Shown: piece after piece, positions 31,838-41,437 of the stretch
Layout: each line of letters opens with the position of its first letter
Position numbering within the stretch: position 1 is the first letter of the stretch
DNA from: an uncultured Chloroflexia bacterium
GTDB lineage: Bacteria; Chloroflexota; Limnocylindria; Limnocylindrales; CSP1-4
Assembly: GCA_963707215.1 (NCBI GenBank)
Contig: CAVPPB010000001.1
Span: 416,001 to 480,000 of the forward strand
Length of the DNA stretch: 64,000 nt
Direction of reading: 5' to 3'
The notes under the pieces: model-generated
What the model saw: the letters and a program-made list of their open reading frames with translations, nothing else
Told to the model about the DNA's origin: nothing
Database searches by the model: none
Translations under genes and position numbers: made by a program

Positions 31838-33160
31838 CTAGTCGCCGCGGCGGGCCACGGCAAGGAAGAGCCGCAGGCCGGGTCGCTGGCCGTAGAGCAG
31901 GACCCCGGCCCGGTAGACGCGGACCGCCACGGCCGCGGCGGCCACGACCGACCCGGCCAGGATGCCGAGCGACAGGGCGAGCTCCCACGGTTCCACTCGG
32001 CTGACCATGATCCTTGCCAGCATCACGAATGGGCTCCAGAAGGGGACGAACGAGGCGATCCGGGCGAGGGCGTCGAAGCCGCCCGGGATCGACACGATGG
32101 CGATCAGATAGCCGGCCATCGAGAGCAGGCTCAGGGGCAGGGCGACGACCTGGAGGTCCTCCTGACGGCTGACCAGCGATCCGGCGGCCGCGTAGATGAC
32201 CGCGTAGAAGGCGAAACCCAGGACGAAGTAGGCAAGGAAGGCGACCAGGAGCCCCGGGGTGAGCCCGGCCAGCGAGACGGTCTCTCCGGCCGCAGGCCCC
32301 AGGATGGCAGCCGCCAGCACCTCCTGGACGACCAGGATGAGGCCAGCAGGCAGGAGGATCGCCAGGTACTGGGTCAAGCCGGCCGCACCAAGCCCGACGA
32401 CCTTCCCGGCCAGCAGCTGCTCGGCCGACGCCGCGCTGACGAGCAGCTCCATGACTCGCGAGCTCTTCTCGGTGGCCACGCCGGCGGCCACCCACATCCC
32501 GTAGATGACCAGGGTGATGAAGATCAGGACGACGAAGGCGATGGCCAGGAACGAGCGGCTGGCGGCCACCGTGGGGTCGACCGGCCGACCGCCCTCGGTC
32601 GCCCCGCCGCTCGCCACGATGTCGTAGCCCGGGACACGGAAGGCGTCGGCTCCAGGGTCGATCGTGCCGTCGGCCTGCCAGTCCAGGATGGCCGCGCCCA
32701 GGGCCGCGAAACCGACCAGCTGGGCCGTCGTGGAGCCGCGCGGCCCGGCGGTGTGGAAGGTGAACGAAAGTCCCCCGGACTCGAGCCGCTCGACGATGAC
32801 GGTGCCGGCGATCGAGCTCGCCTCGACGGCGGCGATCTCGGCCTGGGCCGAGGTTCCGGCGACGATGTCGTAGGGCTCGACCCAGCCGGGCGGCCCGGTA
32901 CCCGTCGGCGGCATGTTGAGCACGCCGCCCAGCGAGGCGATGGTCAGCGACTCGACCGCCGGATCGTCGGCGACGACGGTGAGCGTCTGGATGGTCGTCC
33001 GCTCAGCCAGCCGGATCACCAGCGGCCCGAGGGCGATCGTGCCGGCGATGAGCGCCAGGATCACGGTCGAGACGATGAAGAGGCGGCTGCGCACGCGCTC
33101 GCGGTACTCGCGAGCGGCCACCCGTCCTGCGTTGGGGACGAGCGGCTCGTGTCGGCTCAT
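31838..33160 (-). CDS. ABC-2 permease (NatB/YhaP-like)
   Basis: VAAREYRERVRSR, GVATEKSSRVMELL, LLAGKVVG, YRAGVLLYG. Confidence 0.9.
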   Translation of the reverse strand: MSRHEPLVPNAGRVAAREYRERVRSRLFIVSTVILALIAGTIALGPLVIRLAERTTIQTLTVVADDPAVESLTIASLGGVLNMPPTGTGPPGWVEPYDIVAGTSAQAEIAAVEASSIAGTVIVERLESGGLSFTFHTAGPRGSTTAQLVGFAALGAAILDWQADGTIDPGADAFRVPGYDIVASGGATEGGRPVDPTVAASRSFLAIAFVVLIFITLVIYGMWVAAGVATEKSSRVMELLVSAASAEQLLAGKVVGLGAAGLTQYLAILLPAGLILVVQEVLAAAILGPAAGETVSLAGLTPGLLVAFLAYFVLGFAFYAVIYAAAGSLVSRQEDLQVVALPLSLLSMAGYLIAIVSIPGGFDALARIASFVPFWSPFVMLARIMVSRVEPWELALSLGILAGSVVAAAAVAVRVYRAGVLLYGQRPGLRLFLAVARRGD

Positions 33161-34185
33161 CGCCGCGCCTCCCCCGCCGTCGCGGGATCCGACGGTGCCG
33201 GTACCGGCCCGTCGGCAGCCGCGTCCGGGGGTTGCCTCGTCGGCGAAGGCACGTGCGAGGGCCCCAGCGAAGCCGCCTCGCTGGCCGGCCGGCCGACACG
33301 CTCGATGAAGAGCTGCTCCAGCGAAGGCTCAAGGACCTCGAACCGACGGACCTTCAGGCCCCGGGCCAGCGCGGCCGCCAGGACGTCGTCCGGCTCGACC
33401 GCCGGATCGAGCGCCAGCTCGACCTCGTCGACGCCGGGTCGGACGACCCGAACGCCGTGGAGATCGTCGAGCCAGGCCGTCTCGCCGGCCGTCTCGAAGC
33501 CGATCCGGATGGCCCGGCCACGGGCCGCCCGCTTCACCTCGCGCAGCTCGCCTGCCACCACGAGTCGGCCCCGGTCGATGATGGCCACGGACTCGCACAT
33601 CGCCTCGACGGTCTCCATCTGGTGGGTCGAGAAGACCAGGGTGCGGCCGCGCTCGCGCAGCTCGAGGAATGCCTCCCGGAGCAGGGCGGCGTTGACCGGG
33701 TCGAGCCCGGTGAACGGCTCGTCCATCAGGAGGACCTCCGGATCGTGGAGGACGGCCGCCAGGAACTGGATCTTCTGCTGGTTGCCCTTCGAGAGCTCCT
33801 CGGCCGGGCGATCGGCCAGGTCCGGGATGCGGAGCCGATCGAGCCAGTCGAGGGCGTCGCGCCGTGCCCGGTCGGCGGACACGCCGTGGAGGCCGGCGAA
33901 GAAGACCAGCTGATCGACGACCCGCATCCGGGGATAGAGACCGCGCTCCTCGGGCAGGTAGCCGAAGGTCGACCGAGGCAGGTCGAGGGTAGAGCGGCCC
34001 CGCCAGGTGATCGCCCCGGCGTCGGGCCGGACGACCCCGAGGGCGATCCGCATCGTGGTCGTCTTGCCGGCCCCGTTGGCGCCGAGGAAGCCGAAGACCT
34101 GACCGGCGGGCGCCTCGAACGACAGGTCGTCGAGAGCCGTGACCGGCCCGAAGCGCTTGACGACGCCGTCGACGACGAGGCTCAT
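33157..34185 (-). CDS. ABC ATP-binding protein (NatA/YhaQ-like)
   Basis: GANGAGKTT, GYLPEERGLY, LSKGNQQK, MDEPFTGLDP; ATG 34185 after GGAGG. Confidence 0.94.
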   Translation of the reverse strand: MSLVVDGVVKRFGPVTALDDLSFEAPAGQVFGFLGANGAGKTTTMRIALGVVRPDAGAITWRGRSTLDLPRSTFGYLPEERGLYPRMRVVDQLVFFAGLHGVSADRARRDALDWLDRLRIPDLADRPAEELSKGNQQKIQFLAAVLHDPEVLLMDEPFTGLDPVNAALLREAFLELRERGRTLVFSTHQMETVEAMCESVAIIDRGRLVVAGELREVKRAARGRAIRIGFETAGETAWLDDLHGVRVVRPGVDEVELALDPAVEPDDVLAAALARGLKVRRFEVLEPSLEQLFIERVGRPASEAASLGPSHVPSPTRQPPDAAADGPVPAPSDPATAGEARR

Positions 34186-34393
34186 GGACGTGGCTGCCTC
34201 CGGGAGGTGACGCTGCGCCGAGGATATCCCCGACCGGTCGGAGCATCCTCGGCCCGGTCCGGTCGGGGGCAGCGGCCGATGGTCCCGGTGGCAGGGAGGC
34301 GCTGGCCCCACGGGGCCCATCATCCCGCACGGTCCCGGGACGCGCATCCGGGGTTCTCCCGGCATCGCCGGGCCTGCCCCTAGAATGCGCCCC

Positions 34394-34439
34394 GTGACGA
34401 ACCCCATGACGAACCCCGTGCCGAACCCCGACCCGAACC
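34394..34439 (+). repeat. Degenerate 12-bp tandem repeat (xxNP codons) at the DUF971 start
   Basis: GTGACGAACCCC ATGACGAACCCC GTGCCGAACCCC GACCCGAACC. Confidence 0.7.
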
Positions 34440-34789
34440 GGCCGACCCGCATCCACGCCGACCGGACCGCCGCGCGGCTGGAGATCGCCTGGGCCGACGG
34501 CCACGAGACGACCTACGAGCTCGTGGCCCTGCGCTGGCTCTGCCCGTGCGCCTACTGCCGGGGCGAGGCGGGGCTGCCCGGCTGGCTCGACTCCGGCCCG
34601 ACCCTGACGCCGGAGCAGACCCGCCTCGTCGACCTCCAGCTCGTCGGCAACTACGCGGTCGCCCCGACCTGGGGCGACGGTCACCACACAGGCTTCTACG
34701 CCTTCGATCTGCTCCGCGACCGCTGTCCGTGCCGCGACTGCGCCACCCGGCGAGCGTCCTCGTCGGCGGACCTTCGCCCGCCCGGCTAG
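34394..34789 (+). CDS. DUF971 / GBBH-like N-terminal domain protein
   Basis: LEIAWADG, LRWLCPCAYC, VGNYAV, WGDGHHTGFY; GTG 7 nt after TAGAAT. Confidence 0.88.
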   Translation: MTNPMTNPVPNPDPNRPTRIHADRTAARLEIAWADGHETTYELVALRWLCPCAYCRGEAGLPGWLDSGPTLTPEQTRLVDLQLVGNYAVAPTWGDGHHTGFYAFDLLRDRCPCRDCATRRASSSADLRPPG

Positions 34790-34903
34790 ACAGGCGCCCA
34801 CGCCGGGGCGGAGCGCCGGCCCGTGCTACGATTCGCGGTCAGTCCAGCGTCGAGCGCCTGTCGGGGACGCGATCCCGCGGGCATGCACCGGGAGCAGACC
34901 GCC

Positions 34904-37075
34904 GTGACCGCCGTCGAGTCGCCGCAGACCCGCCCCACGGGCGCGCGGTCCGGCCGTGGGCGGCGGGCCCGAGCCACCGTCCCCTACCTCAACCGGGAGT
35001 TCTCCTGGCTGCAGTTCAACGCCCGGGTCCTCCACGAGGCGCGCGATCATCGGAACCCGCTCCTGGAGCGGGCCAAGTTCCTGGCCATCTTCGCCAGCAA
35101 CCTCGACGAGTTCTTCCAGGTCCGGATCACCGGCCTCCGGGAGCAGGTCCGATCCGGATCGACGAAGTCCTCGATCGACGGCAAGAGCCCGGTCGAGCAG
35201 CTCGCCGAGGCCCGGACGCGGGTCCTCGAGCTGGTGGCCGAGCAGTCGGCCATCTTCAACGACGTCAAGGCCGGCCTCGCCGAGCACGGCATCACGATCG
35301 CCGAGTACGCCGAGGTCCCCGAGCATCATGAACAGCTCCGCCAGCGGTTCCTGGAGGAGATCTTCCCGGTCCTCACCCCGCTGGCCGTCGACCCGGGCCA
35401 CCCCTTCCCGTACATCAGCACGCTGAGCCTGTCGATCGCCGTCGGCCTCCACGACCCCGACACCGGCGACCGGCGCTTCGCCCGGGTCAAGGTCCCGCCG
35501 ATCCTGCCTCGCTTCGTCGAAGTCGAGCCGTCGCGGTTCGTGCTCCTGGACCAGATCATCGAGGCGAACCTGGACCTGCTCTTCCGGGGCATGGAGATCG
35601 TCGAGACCCACCTCTTCCGGGTCACTCGCAACGCCGACCTGGCGATCGAAGAGGACGAGGCCGACGACCTGCTCATGGCCGTCGAGGAGGAGCTCCGGCG
35701 GCGTCGCTTCGGCGGTCCGGTGCGGCTCGAGGTGGAGCGCTCCATGCCGGGCACGACGCGCGACATCCTGCTCCGCGGCATCGGCCTCACCGAGGACGAC
35801 TGCTACGAGATCAGTGGCATGCTCGACCACACGGCCCTGTGGCAGCTGGTCTCCCTCGATCGACCCGACCTCTCGATCGCCCCCTGGTCGCCGATCACCC
35901 CACCGCGCCTGCTCCCACCGGACGAGGACGAGCCGACCGACATCTTCGCGGTCATCCGCAACGGCGACCTCCTGGTCCACCATCCCTACGAGAGCTTCGC
36001 GGCCTCGACGGAGCGCTTCGTGGCCCAGGCGGCCGACGACCCCGAGGTCATGACGATCAAGGCGACGCTCTACCGGACCTCCGGCGATTCGCCGATCGTC
36101 CACTCGCTGATCCGGGCGGCCGAGCGCCGCAAGCAGGTCGTGGTCCTGGTCGAGATCAAGGCCCGCTTCGACGAGGAGGCCAACATCGTCTGGGCCCGCA
36201 AGCTCGAGCAGGCCGGGGCCCACGTCGTCTACGGGCTCGTGGGCCTCAAGACGCACTCCAAGATCGCCCTGGTCGTCCGTCGCGAGGGCTCGATCCTCCG
36301 TCGCTACGTCCACATCGGGACCGGCAACTACCACCCCAGGACGGCCCGCCTCTACGTCGACCTGGGGCTCCTCAGTTGCCGCGAGGACCTCGGCGCCGAC
36401 GTCACAGACCTCTTCAACGTCCTGACCGGGCTCTCGCGCCAGCGCGAGTTCCGCCGCCTGCTCGTGGCCCCGCACACGATGCGCCAGCGATTCCTGGAGC
36501 TGGTCGATCGCGAGATCGCCCACGCCCGGGCGGGCCGGCAGGCCCGGATCATCGTCAAGACGAACGCGATCGTCGACCTCGCCTCGATCGAAGCCCTCTA
36601 CCGGGCCGGCCAGGCCGGCGTGGAGGTCGACCTGATCATCCGCGGCATCTGCTGCCTGGTGCCCGGGATCGAGGGCGTCTCGGACCGCATCAGGGTCCGC
36701 TCCGTCGTCGGCGAGTTCCTGGAGCATTCCCGCATCTGGGGCTTCGCCAACGGCGGCCGCGACGAGTGGTACCTGGGCTCGGCCGATCTCATGGAGCGCA
36801 ATCTCGACCGCCGCATCGAGGCGGCCACGCCGGTCGACGATCCGATCGCCCAGGAGCGGCTCCGGGAGGTCGTCGAGGTGATGATGGCCGACGATCGGCA
36901 CTCGTGGCAGCTGGGCTCCGATGCGATCTGGCGCCGGACCGAGGAGATCGACGGCCGAGAGGGGCATCTCGGCACCTTCGAGGTGCTGAAGGACCGCGCC
37001 CTGGCCGCCCAGGAGGTCGCGGTGACGCCGCACCGGCCGGGCGAGGGCACCGGCTCGCTGGACCCGAGGGCCTAG
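34904..37075 (+). CDS. ppk1: Polyphosphate kinase 1
   Basis: YLNREFSWLQFNARVL, HPFPYIS, VHHPYESF, IKARFDE, LKTHSK, GTGNY, SADLMERNLDRRIE; start 34883 or 34904. Confidence 0.97.
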   Translation: MTAVESPQTRPTGARSGRGRRARATVPYLNREFSWLQFNARVLHEARDHRNPLLERAKFLAIFASNLDEFFQVRITGLREQVRSGSTKSSIDGKSPVEQLAEARTRVLELVAEQSAIFNDVKAGLAEHGITIAEYAEVPEHHEQLRQRFLEEIFPVLTPLAVDPGHPFPYISTLSLSIAVGLHDPDTGDRRFARVKVPPILPRFVEVEPSRFVLLDQIIEANLDLLFRGMEIVETHLFRVTRNADLAIEEDEADDLLMAVEEELRRRRFGGPVRLEVERSMPGTTRDILLRGIGLTEDDCYEISGMLDHTALWQLVSLDRPDLSIAPWSPITPPRLLPPDEDEPTDIFAVIRNGDLLVHHPYESFAASTERFVAQAADDPEVMTIKATLYRTSGDSPIVHSLIRAAERRKQVVVLVEIKARFDEEANIVWARKLEQAGAHVVYGLVGLKTHSKIALVVRREGSILRRYVHIGTGNYHPRTARLYVDLGLLSCREDLGADVTDLFNVLTGLSRQREFRRLLVAPHTMRQRFLELVDREIAHARAGRQARIIVKTNAIVDLASIEALYRAGQAGVEVDLIIRGICCLVPGIEGVSDRIRVRSVVGEFLEHSRIWGFANGGRDEWYLGSADLMERNLDRRIEAATPVDDPIAQERLREVVEVMMADDRHSWQLGSDAIWRRTEEIDGREGHLGTFEVLKDRALAAQEVAVTPHRPGEGTGSLDPRA

Positions 37076-37079
37076 CTCG

Positions 37080-38939
37080 GTGGACACGGCGCGGCCCGTC
37101 GAGGTCGAGCTCAAGTACCGTGTCACCGACCCCGCCGTCGGCCGCGAGATCCTCGACGGACCGACGCTCGGCCCCCTGATGGCCCGCGACACGGTCCGCT
37201 CGTCCCAGACCGAGGATCGCTACGTCGACACGCCGGACGGGTCGCTCGCGCGGGCCGGCTTCGCCGCCCGACTCCGGCGGACCGGTGGCGGCGACATCAT
37301 CTCGGTCAAGTCGCTCGCCTCCGTCCGGGTCGGCTCGATGAACCACCGCGAGGAGCTCGAGGGACCGGCCATCCGGGGTGACGCCCCGTCCGACTGGCCA
37401 CCATCGTCCGCCCGCTCGTTGGTCCTGGAGCTGGCCGGCGACGCCTACCTGGTGGAGCTCGTGACGATCCGCCAGCTCCGCCATCGGCGCCACTTCGGCG
37501 ACGCCGACGGCGCCCTGGTCGAGCTCAGCCTCGACGAGGTGGACGTCGTCGCGAGCGGTCGCATCGTCGAGCACTTCACCGAGCTCGAGGCGGAGCTGAA
37601 GGACGGCTCCGAGCCCGCGCTCAACGCGGTCGCGGAGGTCCTCGACGCTCATCCCGGGCTGACGGCCGATCCGGCGTCCAAGCTGCAGCGCGCGTTGACC
37701 GCTGCCGGGATCCCCGCCGGCGGGACCGGGACTGCCGCACCATCGAGCGCCGAGGAGGGGTCGATGACCGACGAGACTAGAGCGCCCGCTCTGCCGCAGG
37801 GGTCCGACGCGTCGCTGTCCGAGCCCGCGGTGCCCGTCGAGACGGGGATCGCCGCGGTGGAGGCCTCGACCGACGGCGAAGCCGAGGCGCCGACGGCCGA
37901 GGTGGCGAGCCCCGAGGCGCCACCGACCGAGGTGCCGGCCCTCGAGGCGCCGCCAGCCAAGATCGCGCCGGTCAGGCCGCAGCGTCCGCCCCGACCGAAG
38001 CTGAGCGTCGGCAAGAGCCCGGGGGTCCGCGGCGATGACACCCTCGCCGAGGCGGGTCGGAAGGTCCTCCGTTTCCACTTCGCCCGGATGCTCGCCCGGG
38101 AGGAAGGCACCCGGCTCGGCGAGGTCGCCGAGGAGCTCCACGGGATGCGGGTCGCCACTCGCCGGATGCGGGCCGCCTTCCGGGTCTTCGGGGAGGCCTA
38201 CCGGCCCGGCCGGACGCGGCGCTACCGCCGCGACCTCCGCGACGTGGCCCGTCGGCTGGGCGCGGTCCGCGACCTCGATGTCCTGATCGAAGGTCTGACG
38301 GTGTATGCGGCCGACCTGCCCGCGGCCGAGGCCGCGGCCCTCGAGCCGCTCGTGGCCGGCTGGCGCCAGCAGCGCGAGGACGCCCGGACGCTGCTCGGTC
38401 GGACCCTCGACTCCGCTGACTACCGCCGCTTCGTGGATGGCTTCCTGGAGTTCGTCCGGACCGAGGGCATGGCCGTGCAGCCGGTCGCCCCGACGGCCCC
38501 GCACCGGGTCCGCGACGAGATGCCGGCCCACATCTGGGCGGCCTACGCTCAGGTCCGAGCCTATGAGCCGGTCCTCCGCTGGGCCGACGTCGAGACGCTC
38601 CACGAGCTGCGGATCGCTGCCAAGTGGCTCCGGTACACGATGGAGTTCGTCCGCGAGCCGCTCGGGCCCGAGGCGGAGCCGCTCATCGAGCGGGTCGTCG
38701 CCCTCCAGGACCATCTCGGCTGGCTCCACGACGCCGACGTCGCTTCCGCCCTTGCTCGCTCATTCCTCGTCGAGCACGCAGCCGACCTGTCCGAGGAGCA
38801 GACGGGGGCCATCGGCCGCTACCTCGTGGAGCGCGAGCGCGAGCTGGCCCGCCTTCGGCGGTCGGTCGGCGCACCGTGGCGGCGGGTCGCCGGCCTGGCC
38901 TTCCGCCGAGCACTCGGGCGGGTGGTCGCCGGGCTCTGA
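37080..38939 (+). CDS. CYTH + CHAD domain protein (polyphosphate-associated)
   Basis: EVELKY, YVDTPDG, ELEAELK, SKLQRAL (CYTH); LHGMRVATRRMR, LGAVRDLDV, LHELRIAAKWLRY, QDHLGWLHD (CHAD). Confidence 0.92.
   Translation: MDTARPVEVELKYRVTDPAVGREILDGPTLGPLMARDTVRSSQTEDRYVDTPDGSLARAGFAARLRRTGGGDIISVKSLASVRVGSMNHREELEGPAIRGDAPSDWPPSSARSLVLELAGDAYLVELVTIRQLRHRRHFGDADGALVELSLDEVDVVASGRIVEHFTELEAELKDGSEPALNAVAEVLDAHPGLTADPASKLQRALTAAGIPAGGTGTAAPSSAEEGSMTDETRAPALPQGSDASLSEPAVPVETGIAAVEASTDGEAEAPTAEVASPEAPPTEVPALEAPPAKIAPVRPQRPPRPKLSVGKSPGVRGDDTLAEAGRKVLRFHFARMLAREEGTRLGEVAEELHGMRVATRRMRAAFRVFGEAYRPGRTRRYRRDLRDVARRLGAVRDLDVLIEGLTVYAADLPAAEAAALEPLVAGWRQQREDARTLLGRTLDSADYRRFVDGFLEFVRTEGMAVQPVAPTAPHRVRDEMPAHIWAAYAQVRAYEPVLRWADVETLHELRIAAKWLRYTMEFVREPLGPEAEPLIERVVALQDHLGWLHDADVASALARSFLVEHAADLSEEQTGAIGRYLVERERELARLRRSVGAPWRRVAGLAFRRALGRVVAGL
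37884..37973 (+). repeat. Three degenerate 30-bp repeats encoding the EAP-rich CYTH-CHAD linker
   Basis: EAPTAEVASP / EAPPTEVPAL / EAPPAKIAPV. Confidence 0.65.
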
Positions 38940-38990
38940 TCCGGCCCCGTCAGCGAGGCGACGACCACCGGAGTCGGTCGACCAGGGTGG

Positions 38991-40727
38991 TCAGTCGACC
39001 CAACCGTGGGCCAGCGACTCGAGTCGGTCGCGCCAGGACGCACCCGCGTGACCGAGCGCCCGGACGAGACCTTCGCGGAGGCCAGAGCTCGATGCGACCA
39101 GTCGATCAAGGCCGTAGTGCTCCAGCAGCATCGCCAGGATGACGGCGCCGGCCGGCAGCATCCTCGCCCGCTCGGGCCGGATCACATGTCGTTCGGCGAA
39201 GGTCGCCGCCGGTTCGGCCATCAGGATCGCCAGGGCGTCCTCGAGACGCCGCGCCGTCAGGATCCGGTCCGTGGAGGCGGCAGGCACGACCAAGACGAGG
39301 TTGTCCGCGGTCCCTCCCACCGCGACAAGGTCGGACATGGCCGCCACCGGCGCCGCCGCCAGGCGCTCCCGGACTGCCGCTCGGAGCGTTTCGATCTCCC
39401 GGGGCGCCGGCGGATCGTCGCTCAGGTAGCTGTCGGTCAGCCTGGCTGACCCCACCGGGAGGCCGAACGCGGACGCCCGCCGCCCGGGGCTCACGAGGAC
39501 GAGCTCGCTGCTTCCGCCACCGACGTCGATGACACCGAGCTCTGAGGTCACCGGGCGCCCCTCGGTCGCCCCGAGGAGGGTGAGAAAGGCTTCCTCTTCG
39601 TGACCCAGGACGTGGACCGGGACGCCGGAGGCCCGCTCGACATCGGCGATGGCCCGCGCCGAGTCGCCCGAGCGACGCAGGGGCTCGGTGCCGACGATCG
39701 CGATCGAGGTCGCGCCGAGCTCCCGGGCCGTGTCGACGTAGCGTGCGAGCGCGGCTGCCAGCTCGGCACGGAGCTCCGGCCCGAGGACTCCGGCATCTGC
39801 CGCCCGGCCGAGCCCGAGGAACACGGACTCGTCGACCAGCGGCTCGATCCGATGGTCCTCGAGAGCCGCGACAAGGAGGTGGACCGAATTGGACCCAGCG
39901 TCGATGGCGGCAGCGATCATCCGGCCCGGAGCCGGGGGCTCGATCACGGCCTGCTCCGGCTCGGCGACCGGAGTGGGCAACACGGCCGCGGGGGGCTCAG
40001 CCACCGGCGGCGACTCGACGGACGCACGCGGCAGGTCCTCCGACACGGGAGCCCCGGCGGGTGCGGCCAGGTCCAGGCCCGCAGGTCCGGGCCCCTCGGC
40101 CTCCTGCGGCTGCCCTGGTGCCGTCGGGACCCCGACCTCTGATCCCACGGCAACCTCGGGACCGGCCGACCACTCGGGCCCTCCGGGCTGGGGTTCCCCG
40201 GTCGCCTCGGGGTCCGCGGTCGCTTCGGGCTCGTCGGGCTCGTCGGGCTCGTCGGGCTCGTCGGCACGCGCGGCCTGCTCGGCCGCCTCGGCCTCGTCGA
40301 TCGACTCGGCGGCGTCGTCGGCAAGCGTGGAGGCGATGTCGGCGTGATCCTCACCCGCGTCCGCGTGCTGGAGGCTCGACTCGCCGAGCTGCGCGAGGGC
40401 GCCCTCCGCCATCGCCACGGATGGCCACACGTAGGCAGCTGCCGGCCCGGAGATGGATCGACTCGCGTTGAGGACGTCCTCGGCCGCCGCCCGCACGTCG
40501 GCCTCGGCCGCGCCCAGACGTCGCCGGCGCTTCCGGCCCTTGCGCCCGGCGGCGATCGCCTCGGAGAGCCGGCGGCGGCGGCGCTCGGCCTCGGCAAGTG
40601 CCAGCGAGAGCGACGCATCGCGCCGGGCCAGGCGACGGAGAGCGCGACGGCCGCCGCGGTCGAGGGACGCAGCGATCTCCTCGTCGACCCCTGGCGGCCA
40701 CCGTCGGCCCTGGTCACGCTTGCCCAT
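38991..40727 (-). CDS. ppx: Ppx/GppA family exopolyphosphatase with long N-terminal extension
   Basis: AAIDAGSNSVHL, EEEA, IDVGGGSSE, VGGTA, GLREG; ~270 aa extension; no HD domain. Confidence 0.88.
   Translation of the reverse strand: MGKRDQGRRWPPGVDEEIAASLDRGGRRALRRLARRDASLSLALAEAERRRRRLSEAIAAGRKGRKRRRRLGAAEADVRAAAEDVLNASRSISGPAAAYVWPSVAMAEGALAQLGESSLQHADAGEDHADIASTLADDAAESIDEAEAAEQAARADEPDEPDEPDEPEATADPEATGEPQPGGPEWSAGPEVAVGSEVGVPTAPGQPQEAEGPGPAGLDLAAPAGAPVSEDLPRASVESPPVAEPPAAVLPTPVAEPEQAVIEPPAPGRMIAAAIDAGSNSVHLLVAALEDHRIEPLVDESVFLGLGRAADAGVLGPELRAELAAALARYVDTARELGATSIAIVGTEPLRRSGDSARAIADVERASGVPVHVLGHEEEAFLTLLGATEGRPVTSELGVIDVGGGSSELVLVSPGRRASAFGLPVGSARLTDSYLSDDPPAPREIETLRAAVRERLAAAPVAAMSDLVAVGGTADNLVLVVPAASTDRILTARRLEDALAILMAEPAATFAERHVIRPERARMLPAGAVILAMLLEHYGLDRLVASSSGLREGLVRALGHAGASWRDRLESLAHGWVD
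40225..40264. repeat. 9-bp tandem repeat (TCGGGCTCG)x4, encodes DEP repeats in Ppx
   Basis: Four perfect copies plus a partial copy. Confidence 0.9.
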
Positions 40728-40837
40728 CAGGATCTCCCGCCTGTGCTGGGGTGGGCCGGCGACTCACCTGGGCCGCCGGTGCCCCTCCAGTGTGCCACCC
40801 TCGGGACGCTGTCTGGGCGCGGACCCCGATCGCCCGC

Positions 40838-41248
40838 TCAGGACCCGCCGACAGCGACAGCGTCGATCGCCCGCCGAAGCCGTTCGGCGGCTTCCTCGGC
40901 GACCCTGGCGACCTCCGGGTCGCCGACGATCCCCATCGCCGCAAGGGGGTCCATCGCCTCGACGATGGTCCCATCGCTGTCCGCTCGCAGGACGACGTTG
41001 CACGGGAGCAGGACGCCGACTGATGGGGCGGCCTGGAGAGCCCGATGGGCCAGCGGCGGGTTGCAGGCGCCCAGGATCACGTATGGAGCGAGGTCGACGC
41101 CCAGCTTGGCCCGCATCGTCGCGGCCACGTCGATCTCGGTCAGGACCCCGAACCCCTCGGTCCGCAGGGCCGCCTCGACGACCGGGCGGACCTCTTCGAG
41201 GGGCGCCTCCAGGCGAGTGCCGAAGGAGTAGCTCGTTCCGATCGCCAT
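40838..41248 (-). CDS. DUF302 domain protein
   Basis: EGFGVLTEIDV, YVILGACNPPLA, GVLLPCNVV; RBS GGAGGT. Confidence 0.92.
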   Translation of the reverse strand: MAIGTSYSFGTRLEAPLEEVRPVVEAALRTEGFGVLTEIDVAATMRAKLGVDLAPYVILGACNPPLAHRALQAAPSVGVLLPCNVVLRADSDGTIVEAMDPLAAMGIVGDPEVARVAEEAAERLRRAIDAVAVGGS

Positions 41249-41437
41249 GTGTGACCTCCCGGGATGCATACCTTGTACTTGCGTTCTTGCGCAAATACTA
41301 AAGGAGTCCGGGCATCTCGTCCTGTCCGGGCATCTCGGCATGGGACCGAGGACCGTTCGGCGAGAGCCGTCGTGGCGCCACGATGATTAACGCTGTCGAA
41401 ATGACGCGTTGCCAGGGCCGTCCGAACCTGCCTCCCG

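Noticed and set aside
34394-41340. Short tandem and direct repeats as possible CRISPR or mobile-element ends
   Set aside because: Units are 9-30 bp with no unique spacers and are mostly in-frame coding repeats; no cas, transposase or integrase genes are present.
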